In this document: piece by piece, positions 43,523-45,145 of the stretch
Numbering within the stretch: position 1 is the first letter of the stretch
Layout: each line of letters opens with the position of its first letter
Source of the DNA: a candidate division WWE3 bacterium
Lineage (GTDB): Bacteria > Patescibacteriota > WWE3 > UBA101185 > UBA10185
Direction of reading: 5' to 3'
Length of the DNA: 45,145 nt
Assembly: GCA_003564915.1 (NCBI GenBank)
Contig: PXDX01000075.1
Location: forward strand, 1-45,145
Translations under genes and position numbers: made by a program
The notes under the pieces: generated by a model
Told to the model about the DNA's origin: nothing
The model's input: only the letters and a program-made list of their open reading frames with translations
Database searches by the model: none

Positions 43523-44530
43523 ATGTCTATGAAAAAAGTTGTGGTTATAGGTGGAGGTACAGGATCGTTTGTAGTGCTCTCCGGCCTTAAGAAATTTCCC
43601 GTGGATTTGACCGCTGTGGTAACTGTAGCGGATAGTGGAGGGAGTACCGGCAGACTTAGAGACGAGTTCGGTTATTTACCGCCCGGAGATTTTCGTATGG
43701 CACTTGTGGCTTTGGGTTCGGATGAAGATGAGGATCAGATACTTCGAAAGCTTTTTTTGTACCGCTTTTCCCAGGGAGAGGATGGTTTAAGAGGGCATAA
43801 TTTTGGAAATTTGTTTCTGACTGCTTTGACCGATATATTAGGTACGGAAGAGAGAGCCTTGGCGTATGCTTCTAAGATTCTCAGGGTCAAGGGACGTGTT
43901 CTACCCGTAACGAACGAGTTAGTGACCTTAGTAGCATCCTATGAGGATGGATCTGTTCTGAGAGGAGAAACTTATATTGATGAGCCTCCCGAAGATCATG
44001 ATTGCGAACAGAGGATAGAGGATTTGTGGATAGAACCCGAGGCCGTATGTGTACCCTCTGTTACAAGAGCCATTTTAGAGGCTGACATGATAGTTATTGG
44101 ACCGGGAGATCTCTATACCAGTCTTTTGGCTAATTTAGCGGTTAAGGGTGTTTCCGAGGCAATTCGAAAATCCTCGGCTCATTTAGTCTATATTATCAAT
44201 CTTATGACCAAACATGGGCAGACTACCGGATTTAAAGCCTCCGATCACATAGAAGCAATAAAAAGTTTTCTAAAACAATACCCTGATTTGGTTTTGATAG
44301 ATGATAAAACGTTTCCGAAAGAGATTCTCGATCTTTATATTGAAGAAAAAGGATTTAGGGTGGATGACGACCTGCCCGAAAAGGACACAAGATTCAGTAT
44401 TATTCGTCAGGATTTATCTTCTGATGTTGTGTTTCGCAATTCCCCGGGAGATGATCTAAAAAGAAGTCTGATACGGCACGATGCCGATAAAGTTGCATGG
44501 GAATTGATGAAGATCCTTAAGCCTTTTTGA
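43523..44530 (+). CDS. yvcK: YvcK/CofD-family protein (UPF0052, gluconeogenesis-factor-like)
   Basis: VVIGGGTGSFVVLSGLK...VADSGGSTGRLRDEFGYLPPGDFR...GPGDLYTSLLANL. Confidence 0.85.
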   Translation: MSMKKVVVIGGGTGSFVVLSGLKKFPVDLTAVVTVADSGGSTGRLRDEFGYLPPGDFRMALVALGSDEDEDQILRKLFLYRFSQGEDGLRGHNFGNLFLTALTDILGTEERALAYASKILRVKGRVLPVTNELVTLVASYEDGSVLRGETYIDEPPEDHDCEQRIEDLWIEPEAVCVPSVTRAILEADMIVIGPGDLYTSLLANLAVKGVSEAIRKSSAHLVYIINLMTKHGQTTGFKASDHIEAIKSFLKQYPDLVLIDDKTFPKEILDLYIEEKGFRVDDDLPEKDTRFSIIRQDLSSDVVFRNSPGDDLKRSLIRHDADKVAWELMKILKPF

Positions 44531-44565
44531 TATTTCCTTTTCCAAAGCTTACAAGTTAGGTTATA

Positions 44566-45024
44566 ATGTGTCTAATGAGTTACACAAAAAAGCTAGGTAT
44601 TATCTATACTTCCCTTATTGTTGTAGCATTTTTTGCCTATTTTGCTTTTGCATACTACCCGTACCCGGTATCAAAAGGATCCGCGGATGTAAAGGGATCG
44701 GCATTTTCAGGACCTTTTTCTTTCCTAGTCCCTCCTATTGATTCCAAAGATGCAAATGTTGTCCATTCTCCCGGAAGTATCGCTATATCATATTCATTGG
44801 ATGGGGAATGTAATAAAGAGAGCCATTTCTATTATGAAACTATTTTACTTGATAAAGGCTGGGAGTTAGATTCCAGCAGTTTGGGGGATGCTATCGATAC
44901 TAGGATTTACACTAAGGAGGATATGAAAATACAAGTTTCGGTTTCAGACAAGATGGTGAGCGATGCCGGGGTCGTACTCGAGATCGATAATTGTTTGGTT
45001 AATCTAGTCGGCAGTTCCAACTAA
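44566..45024 (+). CDS. Hypothetical membrane-anchored protein
   Basis: 152-aa ORF with one N-terminal TM helix (LGIIYTSLIVVAFFAYFAFAYY). No recognisable family. Confidence 0.45.
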   Translation: MCLMSYTKKLGIIYTSLIVVAFFAYFAFAYYPYPVSKGSADVKGSAFSGPFSFLVPPIDSKDANVVHSPGSIAISYSLDGECNKESHFYYETILLDKGWELDSSSLGDAIDTRIYTKEDMKIQVSVSDKMVSDAGVVLEIDNCLVNLVGSSN

Positions 45025-45145
45025 ATATACTGCCCTCCAAGGACTATACACACTTTGATACGTTTCCTCGAAGAGTATTTCTCCGTCTCTGGTTACTTTT
45101 CTGGTAAAAGTGGAGGTTGTTCCCCATATAGCATATTGCACCTGC
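45004..45145 (-). CDS. C-terminal fragment of an unidentified protein (runs off the right edge)
   Basis: My translation of the minus strand gives ...QVQYAIWGTTSTFTRKVTRDGEILFEETYQSVYSPWRAVYLVGTAD*. The stop is at 45004-45006. It is a beta-rich, G5-like ending. It overlaps the convergent ORF by 21 nt. Confidence 0.3.
   Translation of the reverse strand, partial: QVQYAIWGTTSTFTRKVTRDGEILFEETYQSVYSPWRAVYLVGTAD

Noticed and set aside
1-45145. CRISPR arrays, IS elements or transposases, integrases, restriction-modification systems and known defence-system genes.
   Set aside because: I saw no regularly spaced repeats, no DDE or tyrosine/serine recombinase motifs and no methyltransferase/endonuclease pairs in any listed ORF. 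Only the tRNA-fragment scar hints at mobility.
1-45145. An alternative genetic code (UGA recoding, as in some CPR lineages).
   Set aside because: All conserved proteins (GroEL, SecA, the aaRSs, the UvrD-like helicase) are full length and uninterrupted under the standard code.

Overview
This is a 45.1-kb, AT-rich, tightly packed bacterial chromosomal segment. It reads cleanly in the standard genetic code, with about 47 CDS, one tRNA, and no rRNA, CRISPR array, transposase or integrase. The gene content suggests a reduced-genome CPR/Patescibacteria-type bacterium, which is an inference: a PrgI/VirB4-like type IV module, a ProRS without the INS domain, a 610-aa AlaRS without C-Ala, a DUF4012 protein, FemX-like transferases, many small membrane-anchored orphans and no central metabolism. 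The housekeeping backbone is proS, alaS, groES-groEL, hsp20, RNase HI, a UvrD-type helicase-nuclease, rmuC, pepF, greA and lysS, followed by a tight operon of HD-hydrolase, serS, a methyltransferase-like gene, uppP, an orphan, secA and yvcK. Two cell-envelope clusters are interspersed. The first (3.9-9.5 kb) holds an atypical orphan response regulator, a UbiA-type phosphoribosyltransferase, an O-antigen-ligase-like protein and a PEGA/SH3 protein. The second (14.1-21 kb) holds a Wzz-like protein, RNase H, an NTase-like protein, a degenerate SDR-TM-DUF4012 fusion and two FemX-like genes. The most unusual part is 25.2-31.2 kb. It contains a processive cellulose-synthase-like GT2 (QRRRW, no PilZ, with a large insertion in the GT-A domain) followed 5 nt later by a membrane-anchored GH18 chitinase carrying two CBM5/12 modules. 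I read this pair as a candidate chitin-like polymer synthase/hydrolase module. Next to it is a 1.6-kb two-gene orphan cassette bracketed by a tRNA-Glu(CUC) gene and a 29-nt copy of that tRNA's 3' end, which is an integration-type scar without an integrase. CIRCE-like operators overlap the promoters of both groESL and hsp20. All homology calls come from motif recognition by eye, and no database search was run.
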